Origin: a virus
Lineage: Duplodnaviria; Caudoviricetes
IMG/VR virus record: IMGVR_UViG_2706795940_000001
Location: 29,687-93,686 of that record
Strand: one strand, 5' to 3'
DNA length: 64,000 nt
Position 1 is the stretch's first letter, and every line of letters starts with the position of its first letter. Below, piece by piece: positions 20,064 to 29,084 of the stretch. The notes beneath the pieces are model-generated. The model had not been told where the DNA came from, made no database searches, and worked only from the letters and a program-made list of their open reading frames with translations. The translations under genes were made by a program, and so were the position numbers.

Positions 20064-20736
20064 GTACAGGTTCAACAGCGACGCATACAGGGAGACCGAT
20101 GCTCGGGATGTCTACATCTCGGATGACCAAATAGAGGGCACGCCCAATCTGAGGCGTGCCAGCCTCTCGGATGCGATCCTCTTCGGCGGGCCCGCGGTGC
20201 GGGACCTGCTCGAGCGCGCACCGATTGTCGGCGATCGAGAGTACGTGTTCGTTGATACCAAGGTCTCAATGCTCATGCCGGGTTGGTACCCAGCCATCCC
20301 GGGCTGGCATACCGACGGTGTGCCCCGCGGAGACAATGGTCATCCGTCTGATTATGGGCATCCCTCGCTGCCGAAACAGCTCACTCAGAGGTCTCCGAGA
20401 TTCCACACGATCATCGCCGGCAATCCGTGCCTGACCGAGTTCCTCAAAGGTGACTACGAGCTGGAGATCGAACACGATCAGGACAACGTTCTGTACTCCG
20501 AGATGACCAATAAGGTTGAGGAGCTCGCAGGTCGGCGCACTCGAACACTGATGGCCCCGAAGCCTCAGGTGTGGGCCTCTTGGGACTGGTGGCAGATTCA
20601 TCGCGCCGGGGAGGCCAATCGCCGCGGCTGGCGTTTGCTGATCCGGATCACCGAATCGGACCTCGTTCGGCCGGCGACCAGGGATTTCATTCGGACCCAG
20701 AACCAGGTCTACGTCCCGCTCGACTCAAGCTGGTGA
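20056..20736 (+). CDS. Putative 2OG-Fe(II) dioxygenase-like protein
   Basis: GWHTDG (HxD), distal IHRA (His) and WRLLIR (Arg) in DSBH-like spacing. Confidence 0.5.
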   Translation: MAKYRFNSDAYRETDARDVYISDDQIEGTPNLRRASLSDAILFGGPAVRDLLERAPIVGDREYVFVDTKVSMLMPGWYPAIPGWHTDGVPRGDNGHPSDYGHPSLPKQLTQRSPRFHTIIAGNPCLTEFLKGDYELEIEHDQDNVLYSEMTNKVEELAGRRTRTLMAPKPQVWASWDWWQIHRAGEANRRGWRLLIRITESDLVRPATRDFIRTQNQVYVPLDSSW

Positions 20737-20742
20737 TGTCTA

Positions 20743-21158
20743 ATGACTAACCCTGTGTTGAAGACATCGGAGCAGTGGTCGAAGGAGTTCGACTTCACCA
20801 TCACCGACCCGGATGGCTGGGACCGCAAGGACTTCCTTCACTCCTGGCATCGCGAACAGATCACGAAAGAAGAGTTCATCGACCGGGCCGTCGCGTCCAC
20901 GGTGAAGAACCTCAACGCACTCAAGGAGGCAATGTGACCAGAGCAACGAAAGAGACCGAGAAGATCACCCGACACCGATTCATCGCGCCGTGTGACTACG
21001 GCGTCGGTGGCGACATCGGCACTTTCATGGACGCCATGCACTGGGCCCAACAGAAAGCAATGGAACTCGGTCGCAACACCGGCTCCGATGACTGGGCCCG
21101 GGTCTTCCCCGAGGATGACCAGATCGTGATCGTCGTCGAGGAGACGCAGAAGGCATGA
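20743..21158 (+). CDS. Two small hypothetical genes (20743-20937, 20934-21158)
   Basis: Coupled ORFs with RBS. Confidence 0.55.
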
Positions 21159-21379
21159 GCACTCAAACACTCGACCGGCCCGACACCCGACCCACCGACA
21201 CCGACGAACCCCCGAAGGTTGTCCACTACGTGAAGAAGGGGGAGATCCTCGAGAGCGCGGTCGACGGCAAGTTCGTACGAGCACTGTGCGGGATCCGGTT
21301 CCAGGTCACCCGGACATCGCGCGAAAACTCGCCGGTGTGCGAGAAGTGCAAAGAGGTCCACCGGGGGCTGCCCAAGTGA
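21155..21379 (+). CDS. DUF3039-like small Zn-binding protein (actinobacterial host-type)
   Basis: HYVKK..I.ESAV.G..V.ALCG...PVCEKCKE. Confidence 0.8.
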   Translation: MSTQTLDRPDTRPTDTDEPPKVVHYVKKGEILESAVDGKFVRALCGIRFQVTRTSRENSPVCEKCKEVHRGLPK

Positions 21380-22450
21380 GCAAAGTCGATACCCCCTCGA
21401 GCCTGAGGGCACAGGGAGTTGCCGACGCACTTAAGTCGGCGGACGAGATGACGGACAGCGTGATCATGCACTTAACCCGCGCACTGCGTTACGCAGAAGA
21501 GGATTATGACCACAACGCCGACAAGACCCGGGACCTCCTGGCGGTCGCCAGGCTGCTTCGCGGTCAGACGTGCCAAGAGTCCCTCCTTTGGGATGGCTAC
21601 GCAAGAGCCAGGAGGGTCGATGCCTGAACTCCGGGGCGTGGAGCAGCTCGCCTTCCTGAAGCTGCTCGAGATCCACAACCCGTTCGAAGAGTTCAACCTC
21701 GACATGGACTCGTGTGGCAAGTGCGGCTGTGGCAAGGAGCTCCACTGGACGAGGTGGCCGGAACACATCCTCGAGGAGTGGTTGAACCTATGACGTACGA
21801 GATCGGCAAGCACTACATCTGCCGGCCCGTCGATGGCAGTCCGGACCGATGCCTGGGCACCTACCAAGGGGTCAGGGACGGCCAGCATCACTTCATGGGA
21901 TCTGGGTACTGCGACTGCCCCGCGGCCCTCGCGTTCCGGGCCTTGGGCGCACACGTCCTCGAGAATGGATGGGCGCCATGAGACTCGACGGAACAACGGT
22001 CGTCCGGGAGTTCTCGCTGACGACCGAGTGCCCCTACTGCGGCACGGTCGACATGCATGACTTGCGCGCGCCGGCGCGGCTTCCCCGGCGGGAGGACTTC
22101 GACACCGTCGAGGAGTACCTCCGTCGCCGGCGGTGGGCCACATTCGACGACGGATTCATGTCCTGGCTAGGAACCCACGTCAGGGTGACGGCTCGCGAGG
22201 AGGACACCGCCGAGGTCGTCAGGAAGTGCGTCAACAAGAAGTGCGTCAGCGAGTGGTGCGAAGGGAAGGTCGAACGATGAACGATCGCGATCTCCTTGTG
22301 GCGTACTCGACTGGCTATGCCGACGCGGACCTCAGCATCCTGGGCGACGTGCACCAGCACGACTTCGCACTGAGGGCCATGGAGGTTCGGCACCTTGCCG
22401 GACTTCGCGAAGTGGGCCGGCAGGCTTGGGTCTGGGGCGTTCAGTCCTGA
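21376..22450 (+). CDS. Run of five small hypothetical genes (21376-21627, 21620-21793, 21790-21981, 21978-22280, 22277-22450)
   Basis: Overlapping start/stop codons; several Cys-rich. Confidence 0.55.
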
Positions 22451-22460
22451 CCGGCCGACA

Positions 22461-22491
22461 AAGACCCCCTACCAACTCGGTAGGGGGTCTT
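22461..22491 (+). terminator. Intrinsic terminator ending the accessory operon
   Basis: 13-bp stem AAGACCCCCTACC/GGTAGGGGGTCTT followed by CTTGT. Confidence 0.75.
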
Positions 22492-22499
22492 CTTGTGTC

Positions 22500-22830
22500 T
22501 GCAGATCCTACCGAGACCTACTGCCGGTCACCCCTGCGGGGACTTCTGCGGCTACGCGTGCGTCTGTAGGGTGTGAGATGGCCTCTGATCAGCACCCCGA
22601 GGCTATAGTAGGAAAACGGTAGGAGATAGACGGTTAGATGGCCTCTCTGCTGGGAGAACAAAAAACTATGATCGCTTACCCTGTTCTCCTGTATACTCTC
22701 CAATTAGATGGATGTTCACATGTTTTTGCAGGTCAATGACCATGACTGTCTACCCTTGCTAACCCATGTGTCGTCCTGCTTTGTAGGGGAAATAGTAGGG
22801 CGGACCAGAGCTCAGTAGGGCGCCCGACAC
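22500..22830. other. Probable attP region
   Basis: Non-coding with AT-richer centre, upstream of int, flanked by repeated GTAGG/CCTAC pentamers resembling arm-type sites. Confidence 0.6.
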
Positions 22831-22943
22831 GCAGCAATCTGCGAGCGTGACGAGCATCCCGAGTTCGCATGTCATGACCGAACAAAAACACCCCCCGAGA
22901 CTACGGCGCATCACCGGCGGGGGCTCACAACAGGAGGCAGAAA

Positions 22944-24242
22944 TTGACAGAACGTAGGTCCAAGGCGTCGGGCGGCATCCGCGAGCGCGCCGGCAAGTTC
23001 ATCGCGTCGGTGGAAGGTAATCCGGACCCGCTCACCGGAAAGCGACGTCGCCTGGAGCGCACCTGCAAGACCGAGGCCGAGGCCAACCGTCAGCTCCAGA
23101 AGCTGTTCACGTTGGTCCGCACCAAGCAAGACATCTCGGTGTCCGAGCGCATGTCGGTCGGGGACTGGCTGACGCGTTGGATGAAGGACAAGGAGCGCGA
23201 GTGGCGACCCAAGACCCGGGTGAAGTACCGCATCGAGTTGCAGGTCCTGCTCGAGCATGGCGGGATCGCTGACATCCGACTAGACAAGCTCACCAAGACT
23301 CACGTGAAGACGATGGTCGAGCGGATCCGCGACAAGAAGAGCGTCGCCGCGGCAAGACGGTGTCACGACCTCCTCGGCCGCGGTCTCCAGGCCGCGGTGC
23401 GAGTCGACCTCATCTCCGAGAACGTCGCCGGACCTGACGGGCCCGCCAAGCTGCAGCCGAAGTATGCCAAGAGCGACCGCCTCAACGTGACCGAGACGGC
23501 AAGGTTCCTCGACGTCCACAGCGAGGATCCGTTCATCAGCCGCTGGATCGCTGCGTTCCTGACCGGGCTACGCCAAGGTGAGATCCTCGGGCTGCAGTGG
23601 GATCGCGTCGACTTCGAGCACGGCGAGCTGACGATCACTCACCAGTTGCAGATGGTGCCGAGCGAGCATGGGTGTGGAGACCAGAACGACTTCGGCGCAT
23701 GGCCGTGCGGATGGGCTCAACCGCGGTCGTGCACCAAACGCAAATTCCTGATCCCCGACGACGACACCGACTACGAACAGTTGATCGGAGCGTTCTGGCT
23801 GACCCCGACCAAGAGCGACACCTCCCAGCGCGTCATCCCGATCCCGACGATGCTCCTGGAGATCCTGCGCGAGCATCGCGACGCGACTGCGGATCAGCCG
23901 AATCCGTTCAACCTTGTCTGGCATGAGGTGACCGGGCGCCCGGTCGCGGCCGAGGTCGACTGGAAGCGGTGGACCGACATGCTGACCGCCGCCGGCCTGC
24001 GTCACGTGAAGCTCCACAGCGCGCGCAAGACCGCGGCATCGGTGTTGGTGTCGATGGGCGCCGACATGCACATGGTGATGCGGATCCTCGGACACTCGTC
24101 GCTGTCGATGACCGAGATCTACGCCGATGTCGACCGCGAGGCGATCAGGTCGTCGATGGCCAAGATGGGGTCGAAGATCCTCGAGGCTCGTGTTGTGGAT
24201 GAAGACCGCGCGCTCGAGGCCGGCAACATTACTCTAGAGTAA
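22944..24242 (+). CDS. int: Tyrosine integrase
   Basis: Catalytic R (GLRQGE), K (TKS), HxxR (LHSAR), LGHS, Y (EIYA); N-terminal arm-binding region; RBS AGGAGG. Confidence 0.95.
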   Translation: MTERRSKASGGIRERAGKFIASVEGNPDPLTGKRRRLERTCKTEAEANRQLQKLFTLVRTKQDISVSERMSVGDWLTRWMKDKEREWRPKTRVKYRIELQVLLEHGGIADIRLDKLTKTHVKTMVERIRDKKSVAAARRCHDLLGRGLQAAVRVDLISENVAGPDGPAKLQPKYAKSDRLNVTETARFLDVHSEDPFISRWIAAFLTGLRQGEILGLQWDRVDFEHGELTITHQLQMVPSEHGCGDQNDFGAWPCGWAQPRSCTKRKFLIPDDDTDYEQLIGAFWLTPTKSDTSQRVIPIPTMLLEILREHRDATADQPNPFNLVWHEVTGRPVAAEVDWKRWTDMLTAAGLRHVKLHSARKTAASVLVSMGADMHMVMRILGHSSLSMTEIYADVDREAIRSSMAKMGSKILEARVVDEDRALEAGNITLE

Positions 24243-24484
24243 GAAAACCGCCGGTCAACGAGCCACGCAGGGACTAAAGTCCCTATTTCTTAAGCAATGT
24301 TTACCAGTTGATTAACAGGCTGTAACGTCACATCTGCCTACGACGAAACGCAGATTGTGTCACCGCACAGCCCGTGAGTCTGGCACTCCCCCCCACCCTA
24401 GGTCGAGACCTCAGCCCCCGGCGCGGCGACACGCCGACGAACTGCTGTTTGGACCCATGCTCAGTTAGAAGGTTAGTCAGCACC

Positions 24485-24685
24485 ATGATCGATCCGCGCC
24501 TCTCTAATATCTCAACCACAGCTGGACAGTTGGTTGCCGCGGACGTCGAGATGATCGACGGAGAGCCAGTATTCTCGCTTCAATACGGACCCGGAGCGGA
24601 CCAGCTCCTGGACTTCGGGCCCGAGGCCTGCGAGCAGTTGTTCGACATGCTCGCCAGCGTGCTGGGGATCAGGCGCGTGGCGTAG
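24485..24685 (+). CDS. Small hypothetical protein
   Basis: ORF between int and repressor. Confidence 0.45.
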   Translation: MIDPRLSNISTTAGQLVAADVEMIDGEPVFSLQYGPGADQLLDFGPEACEQLFDMLASVLGIRRVA

Positions 24686-24690
24686 CGCAG

Positions 24691-24739
24691 GGCCCCAAGA
24701 AGGGGCCAACCCCCGCCTGTTATGTCAGGCGGGGGTTGG
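24691..24739. terminator. Tandem hairpins between convergent genes
   Basis: GGCCCC/GGGGCC and AACCCCCGCCTG/CAGGCGGGGGTT, the second spanning the repressor stop. Confidence 0.6.
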
Positions 24740-25145
24740 ACTCTTCGTTTCCGGGACCGTACTTGACGTCCGATATGAACGTTCTGATCAAGTCGTCCAG
24801 AACTTTTCGCTGTCTCGACGTTAGGACTTCAGATCCCGTGGGCGGGGTGTACGGGGGAGCGGTTGCGTCCCAGGATTCCCCGAGCCATTCGGTCACCTTC
24901 TTCAGGGGGACAGACAAGGCCTCTGCGACCCTCTCTAAGGTCTGCCGCTCAACGAGTCGTGGATCCGCACGGCCTGTGATCAGCCGGACTACCGTTGTGG
25001 TGTGTAGCCCAGCCTCTTTAGCCAAGGCGTTATAGCTAGGCTCACCAGTCCTGGGATTGGTTAACCCTTGCTTCAACATGGCCTTGTGCCACGGCTGCGG
25101 TACCTCGTTGTTTCTCTGCATGACACTGATCAGTGTCTCATGCAC
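24720..25145 (-). CDS. Immunity repressor-like HTH protein
   Basis: SYNALAKEAGLHTTTVVRLITG HTH; next to int, divergent from the early lytic operon. Confidence 0.75.
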   Translation of the reverse strand: MHETLISVMQRNNEVPQPWHKAMLKQGLTNPRTGEPSYNALAKEAGLHTTTVVRLITGRADPRLVERQTLERVAEALSVPLKKVTEWLGESWDATAPPYTPPTGSEVLTSRQRKVLDDLIRTFISDVKYGPGNEESNPRLT

Positions 25146-25232
25146 ACCTGGACGCGGTCAACAGATGTGTCACACGTTCGCACTATACTAATGGACGACG
25201 CAACACTAGACATCACTTAGGAGTGCATTAGC

Positions 25233-25466
25233 GTGTCTTCGCCACAATTGGCCATAGGAGCAGAAGCTACGATCGGTAGCTGGGGTTATCGCTGGACGGT
25301 TATGGGATTCAAGATCCCCGGGCCGGCCTCCAGAGAGACAAAGGCGATCATCGCCCGCGAGGATTCGCGGCGATTTCCCACCGACGGCTTTGTCGGAAAT
25401 GGTCGTGCTCGACCACTAATCCGGACCCGGGTTCGTTCTTCCCTTCTTCAGTCGGCCGGCAAGTGA
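25233..25466 (+). CDS. Hypothetical protein, first rightward early gene
   Basis: RBS AGGAG; coupled to recE. Confidence 0.5.
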   Translation: MSSPQLAIGAEATIGSWGYRWTVMGFKIPGPASRETKAIIAREDSRRFPTDGFVGNGRARPLIRTRVRSSLLQSAGK

Positions 25467-26506
25467 TGACGGCAGAAACGCCCAACGACATTCTCACCCA
25501 GGGCGCCGTAATCAATGGTCGGGCGCAGGTTGTCGGCAAATTCGCCAACGGCTCCCCAGAGTGGCACGCTGCCCGTCGTGGTCATCTGGGCGGCTCGGAA
25601 ATCTCGGCCGTCGTGCGCCTGTCGCCCTTCGAGTCGCGGTTCTCGTTGTGGCACCGCAAGAAGGGTGAACTCGAAGACATCGAAGAGACGCCGGCCATGG
25701 AGTGGGGAACACGCCTTGAGCCGGTTGTCTATGACAAATATGCCGAATCGATCGACCCGGATGAGTACATCACGACGGGTCACACCTTCCGATGCTTGAT
25801 CCCTGGCCGCGGCTGGATGAACGCAAATCCCGACGGGATTGTGTGGGGTCGCAACAAAGAGACCGGCGAGTGGTTCATCAAGCGAATCCTTGAGATCAAG
25901 ACCAGCGCGCGTGGCGAAGGCTACGGGCCTAATGGGTCCGACGGCATCCCGATCTACTACCGGTGCCAGGTGCTGTTCTACATGTACGTTCTTGGCGTCA
26001 AGCAGGCCGAGTTGGCGGCGCTGATCTCTGGCGTCGACTATCGCACCTACCCGGTCAAGTACAACACCGAGGACGTCAATTTCCTCACCGAGGCCGGCGA
26101 CCAGTTCATGGCCGAGTTGCGCGACGACATCACCCCCAGCATCAGTGACGACATCGCCTCCTACGAGGCGGTGCGCGAGCTCAACCCTGAGCTGGACCCA
26201 GACCTCGAGGTGACGGTTCCGATCGCCCTGGGGGAGCGGTACCGGTCCATCGAAGAGGCCTATCGCGAGATCAAGGACATGCGCCACGGCGTACACGCCG
26301 AGATCCTCGAGCACGCCGGCGCTGCGCGACTCATCAAGATGGACGACGACGAGGTCATCGCTCGGCGCCAGATGCCGGGACGCGGCAGCGTGCCGTACCT
26401 CCGCTACATCCCTCCGGAGAAGGAGCCCAAGGTCAGCGTCGTTGAGGCGCACCAGGATGCGCTCGACACGGCGGATCGGCGCGCGGCGATGTACCCATCT
26501 GTCTAA
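25463..26506 (+). CDS. recE: RecE/YqaJ-like exonuclease
   Basis: EWHAARRGHLGGSE, ANPDG, LEIKT, YRCQV..YM motifs. Confidence 0.9.
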   Translation: MMTAETPNDILTQGAVINGRAQVVGKFANGSPEWHAARRGHLGGSEISAVVRLSPFESRFSLWHRKKGELEDIEETPAMEWGTRLEPVVYDKYAESIDPDEYITTGHTFRCLIPGRGWMNANPDGIVWGRNKETGEWFIKRILEIKTSARGEGYGPNGSDGIPIYYRCQVLFYMYVLGVKQAELAALISGVDYRTYPVKYNTEDVNFLTEAGDQFMAELRDDITPSISDDIASYEAVRELNPELDPDLEVTVPIALGERYRSIEEAYREIKDMRHGVHAEILEHAGAARLIKMDDDEVIARRQMPGRGSVPYLRYIPPEKEPKVSVVEAHQDALDTADRRAAMYPSV

Positions 26507-26513
26507 TGTCTAG

Positions 26514-26542
26514 TTGACTCCTGCATAGACATGACGTACTGT
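26514..26542 (+). promoter_or_regulatory. SigA-type promoter
   Basis: TTGACT-17 bp-TACTGT, overlapped by TGTCTA/TAGACA motifs. Confidence 0.75.
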
Positions 26543-26548
26543 GAAGGA

Positions 26549-26830
26549 GTCGGCAAGAGGGAAGTGAGAAACTCTCTAATCCCTACTGAGACACAGGACT
26601 TGCGACGCCGGCGTCAAGCTCGCCCCTGCTGAAGTTTGAGATGGGTCCTCAGTAGGGGAGGTAAGGAGCCCCAGCAGGGAACAACCCTGGCGCCAAGACG
26701 GGGCCCTGCTTGCGGTGCCGTTCCTTTCGGGCACTGCTCGAAGGCTCCTGCGCCGGCGTCGCCCCACACCTCCAGATGAGCACCGAGTGCCGCGGAGCGG
26801 ATTCAACAATCAACTCAAAGTTGATAGTTC
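26549..26830 (+). ncRNA. Candidate structured non-coding RNA or long leader
   Basis: About 310 nt without a credible ORF after the promoter; several 7-12 bp complementary segments. Confidence 0.55.
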
Positions 26831-26862
26831 ACAACAAATGAGAGACAAGGGGATTCAATACA

Positions 26863-27665
26863 ATGTCACGTAAATCCATGCAGGCAGACATCGACACCCT
26901 CTACGCATGGCTGGACCAGCAGAGCGCCTCGGTCGGCGCCGCGATCGAGGCTGTGGGGGAGATCAACAAGGTGCTCAGCAATCCGCCGGCAATCGGCGTC
27001 CACGAGTTCGTCGCGCCATGGCAGATCAAGATGGAGCTGCTCAACATCTACAAGGGCGACGTCGATGCAGCGCGGAGCGCCTTCGACTGGCTGGAGGAGG
27101 GTGCCGAGAAGGTGACGGTCGCCACCGAGGAGGTGCCGGCGTGATCATCAAGCCGCCAGCCATGGCCCACCCGTTCCAGCTCGCCGCCCTCCCGAACACC
27201 GGCCCCGAGGACCCCTACGGCTGCGTCATGAACGTCGTCAGCTGGATGAAGGGCGACACCGACATCACGGGGGAGCCGGACTGCGTCAACCACCACCTGA
27301 TCAACCTGTGCCAGACCTTCAACGACGAGGTTCTCGATCGCTTCGGCAGCCACGAGCGTGAGTATCCAGAGATGCTGCGCCTGGTTGGTGTTGCCTCGGC
27401 ACAGCAGTCCATGCGCCTCCTCGAGATCGCCGAACTCGTCACCGACACCGCGGTCGTCACCCAGGGGGAGAGCCGGGAGTGGGCTTTCCGGAAGCTGCGA
27501 TCGCCGCTCGGAATCTACGGAGCGCACAGCGTATCCCGACAGATCGCCACCAGTGCATCGAGCTTCGACGACGCGGTCGATCAGATCCTCGACATCATCC
27601 ACGACTTCCGATCCACCTTCGCCGAGGAACTCGGCCTCAACCAGCTCGAGGAGACCCGTGTCTGA
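26863..27665 (+). CDS. Two hypothetical genes (26863-27144, 27141-27665)
   Basis: RBS and GTGA coupling. Confidence 0.6.
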
Positions 27666-28383
27666 ACTGCAGCAAGCCGCTCAGGGACAGCAGTCCAACA
27701 ACCCAGTCAGCTTCATCTACAGCCACGCCAAGGACATTCAGAACGTCCTCACCAAGGGCACGGACATGGACCGGTGGCTGCAGATGGCACGGCTGGCCGT
27801 GATGCGCGACCAGAATCTCGTCGCGTCGGCCAAGCGCGACCCAGGATCGCTGATGCAGGCCCTGCTCGACTGCGCAGAGAAGGGCCACGTCCCAGGCACC
27901 GAGGACTACTACCTCGTGCCACGCAAGGGCGGCATCCAGGGCATGGAGTCCTGGAAGGGTATCGCCAAACGAATCATGCGATCCGGTCGATACCAGTCGA
28001 TCGTCAACGAGGTTGTGTACGAGGGCGAGACCTTCGAGTTCAACCCGAACACGATGGATCGCCCGGTACACAACATCAACTACATGACCCGGACCTCTGG
28101 CAAGCCGGTCATGTCCTACGCCTACGCCCTCGACCACGACGGGAAGCCATCTTCGGTGGCCATCGCGGACCCCCGGTACATCGCCAAGGTCAAGAAGAAC
28201 TCGCGCGGATCCGTCTGGGAAGACTGGGACGAGCAGATGTACCGCAAGACCGCGGTCAAGATGCTCCAGGACTACGTCGACACCTCGTCGGTCGACCGTC
28301 GCGATGTGTCTACCGTACAGGTAGACGATGCAAACGTGATCGATGTCGACGACACCTTCACGGCGCGGGAGGCCGGCGAATGA
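27658..28383 (+). CDS. recT: RecT-like ssDNA annealing protein
   Basis: SLMQALLDCA..G, YYLVP, VVYEGETF, W..W.EQMYRKTAVK. Confidence 0.9.
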   Translation: MSELQQAAQGQQSNNPVSFIYSHAKDIQNVLTKGTDMDRWLQMARLAVMRDQNLVASAKRDPGSLMQALLDCAEKGHVPGTEDYYLVPRKGGIQGMESWKGIAKRIMRSGRYQSIVNEVVYEGETFEFNPNTMDRPVHNINYMTRTSGKPVMSYAYALDHDGKPSSVAIADPRYIAKVKKNSRGSVWEDWDEQMYRKTAVKMLQDYVDTSSVDRRDVSTVQVDDANVIDVDDTFTAREAGE

Positions 28384-29084
28384 GCGGCGACATCAAGTTC
28401 CGATCCGACATGCGCGTCGAGCTCGTCGACTGGATGGGTGAGGATCAGCGCGTCGTCGAGGCGGCGAAGGTCTCAACGCTGGGCGATCGATCCCGCGGGG
28501 TCGAGGCGACTGAGGGCTTCATCGACTTCCTTGACCGGAACCGACACGGATCGCCGTTCGAGCACTCCGTCTTCACCTTCCTGGTCGAGTGCCCCATATT
28601 CGTTTCGCGTGAGTTCATGCGCCACCGAATCGCCTCGTACAACGAGGAATCCGGTCGATACAAGGTCATGAAGGGCGTGTTCTACGTCCCGGCCGACGAC
28701 CGGCCGCTGGTCCAGGTGGGCAAGCCGGGTGAGTATCGATTCGAGGCCGGGACGCTCGAGCAGCACGAGCTGGTGACAGACCTGTTCCAGCTCGCCGCCG
28801 ATACCGGCTACAACCTCTACCAGACCATGCTCGACGCCGGCATTGCCCGGGAAGTTGCGCGCGACGTCCTGCCGTTCCAGCTGTACACCTCGTTCTACGT
28901 CACCATGAACGCGCGCGGCCTGATGAACTTCCTCAGCCTTCGCGTCGGCGATGAGACAGCGGCCTACCCGAGCACGCCGCTGTACGAGATCGACCTGGTG
29001 GCACGGCAAATGGAGAAGCACTTCGCAGAGAAGATGCCGATGACGCACAAGTCATTCGTGCAGAACGGCCGGGTGGCGCCGTGA
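28380..29084 (+). CDS. thyX: Flavin-dependent thymidylate synthase
   Basis: HGSPFEH, REFMRHRIASYNEESGRY, REVARDVLP. Confidence 0.96.
   Translation: MSGDIKFRSDMRVELVDWMGEDQRVVEAAKVSTLGDRSRGVEATEGFIDFLDRNRHGSPFEHSVFTFLVECPIFVSREFMRHRIASYNEESGRYKVMKGVFYVPADDRPLVQVGKPGEYRFEAGTLEQHELVTDLFQLAADTGYNLYQTMLDAGIAREVARDVLPFQLYTSFYVTMNARGLMNFLSLRVGDETAAYPSTPLYEIDLVARQMEKHFAEKMPMTHKSFVQNGRVAP

Noticed and set aside
26549-26830. Cobalamin riboswitch, tmRNA, RNase P RNA or retron msr-msd
   Set aside because: Only superficial AAGAGGGAA similarity; diagnostic conserved boxes not found; no reverse transcriptase in the window
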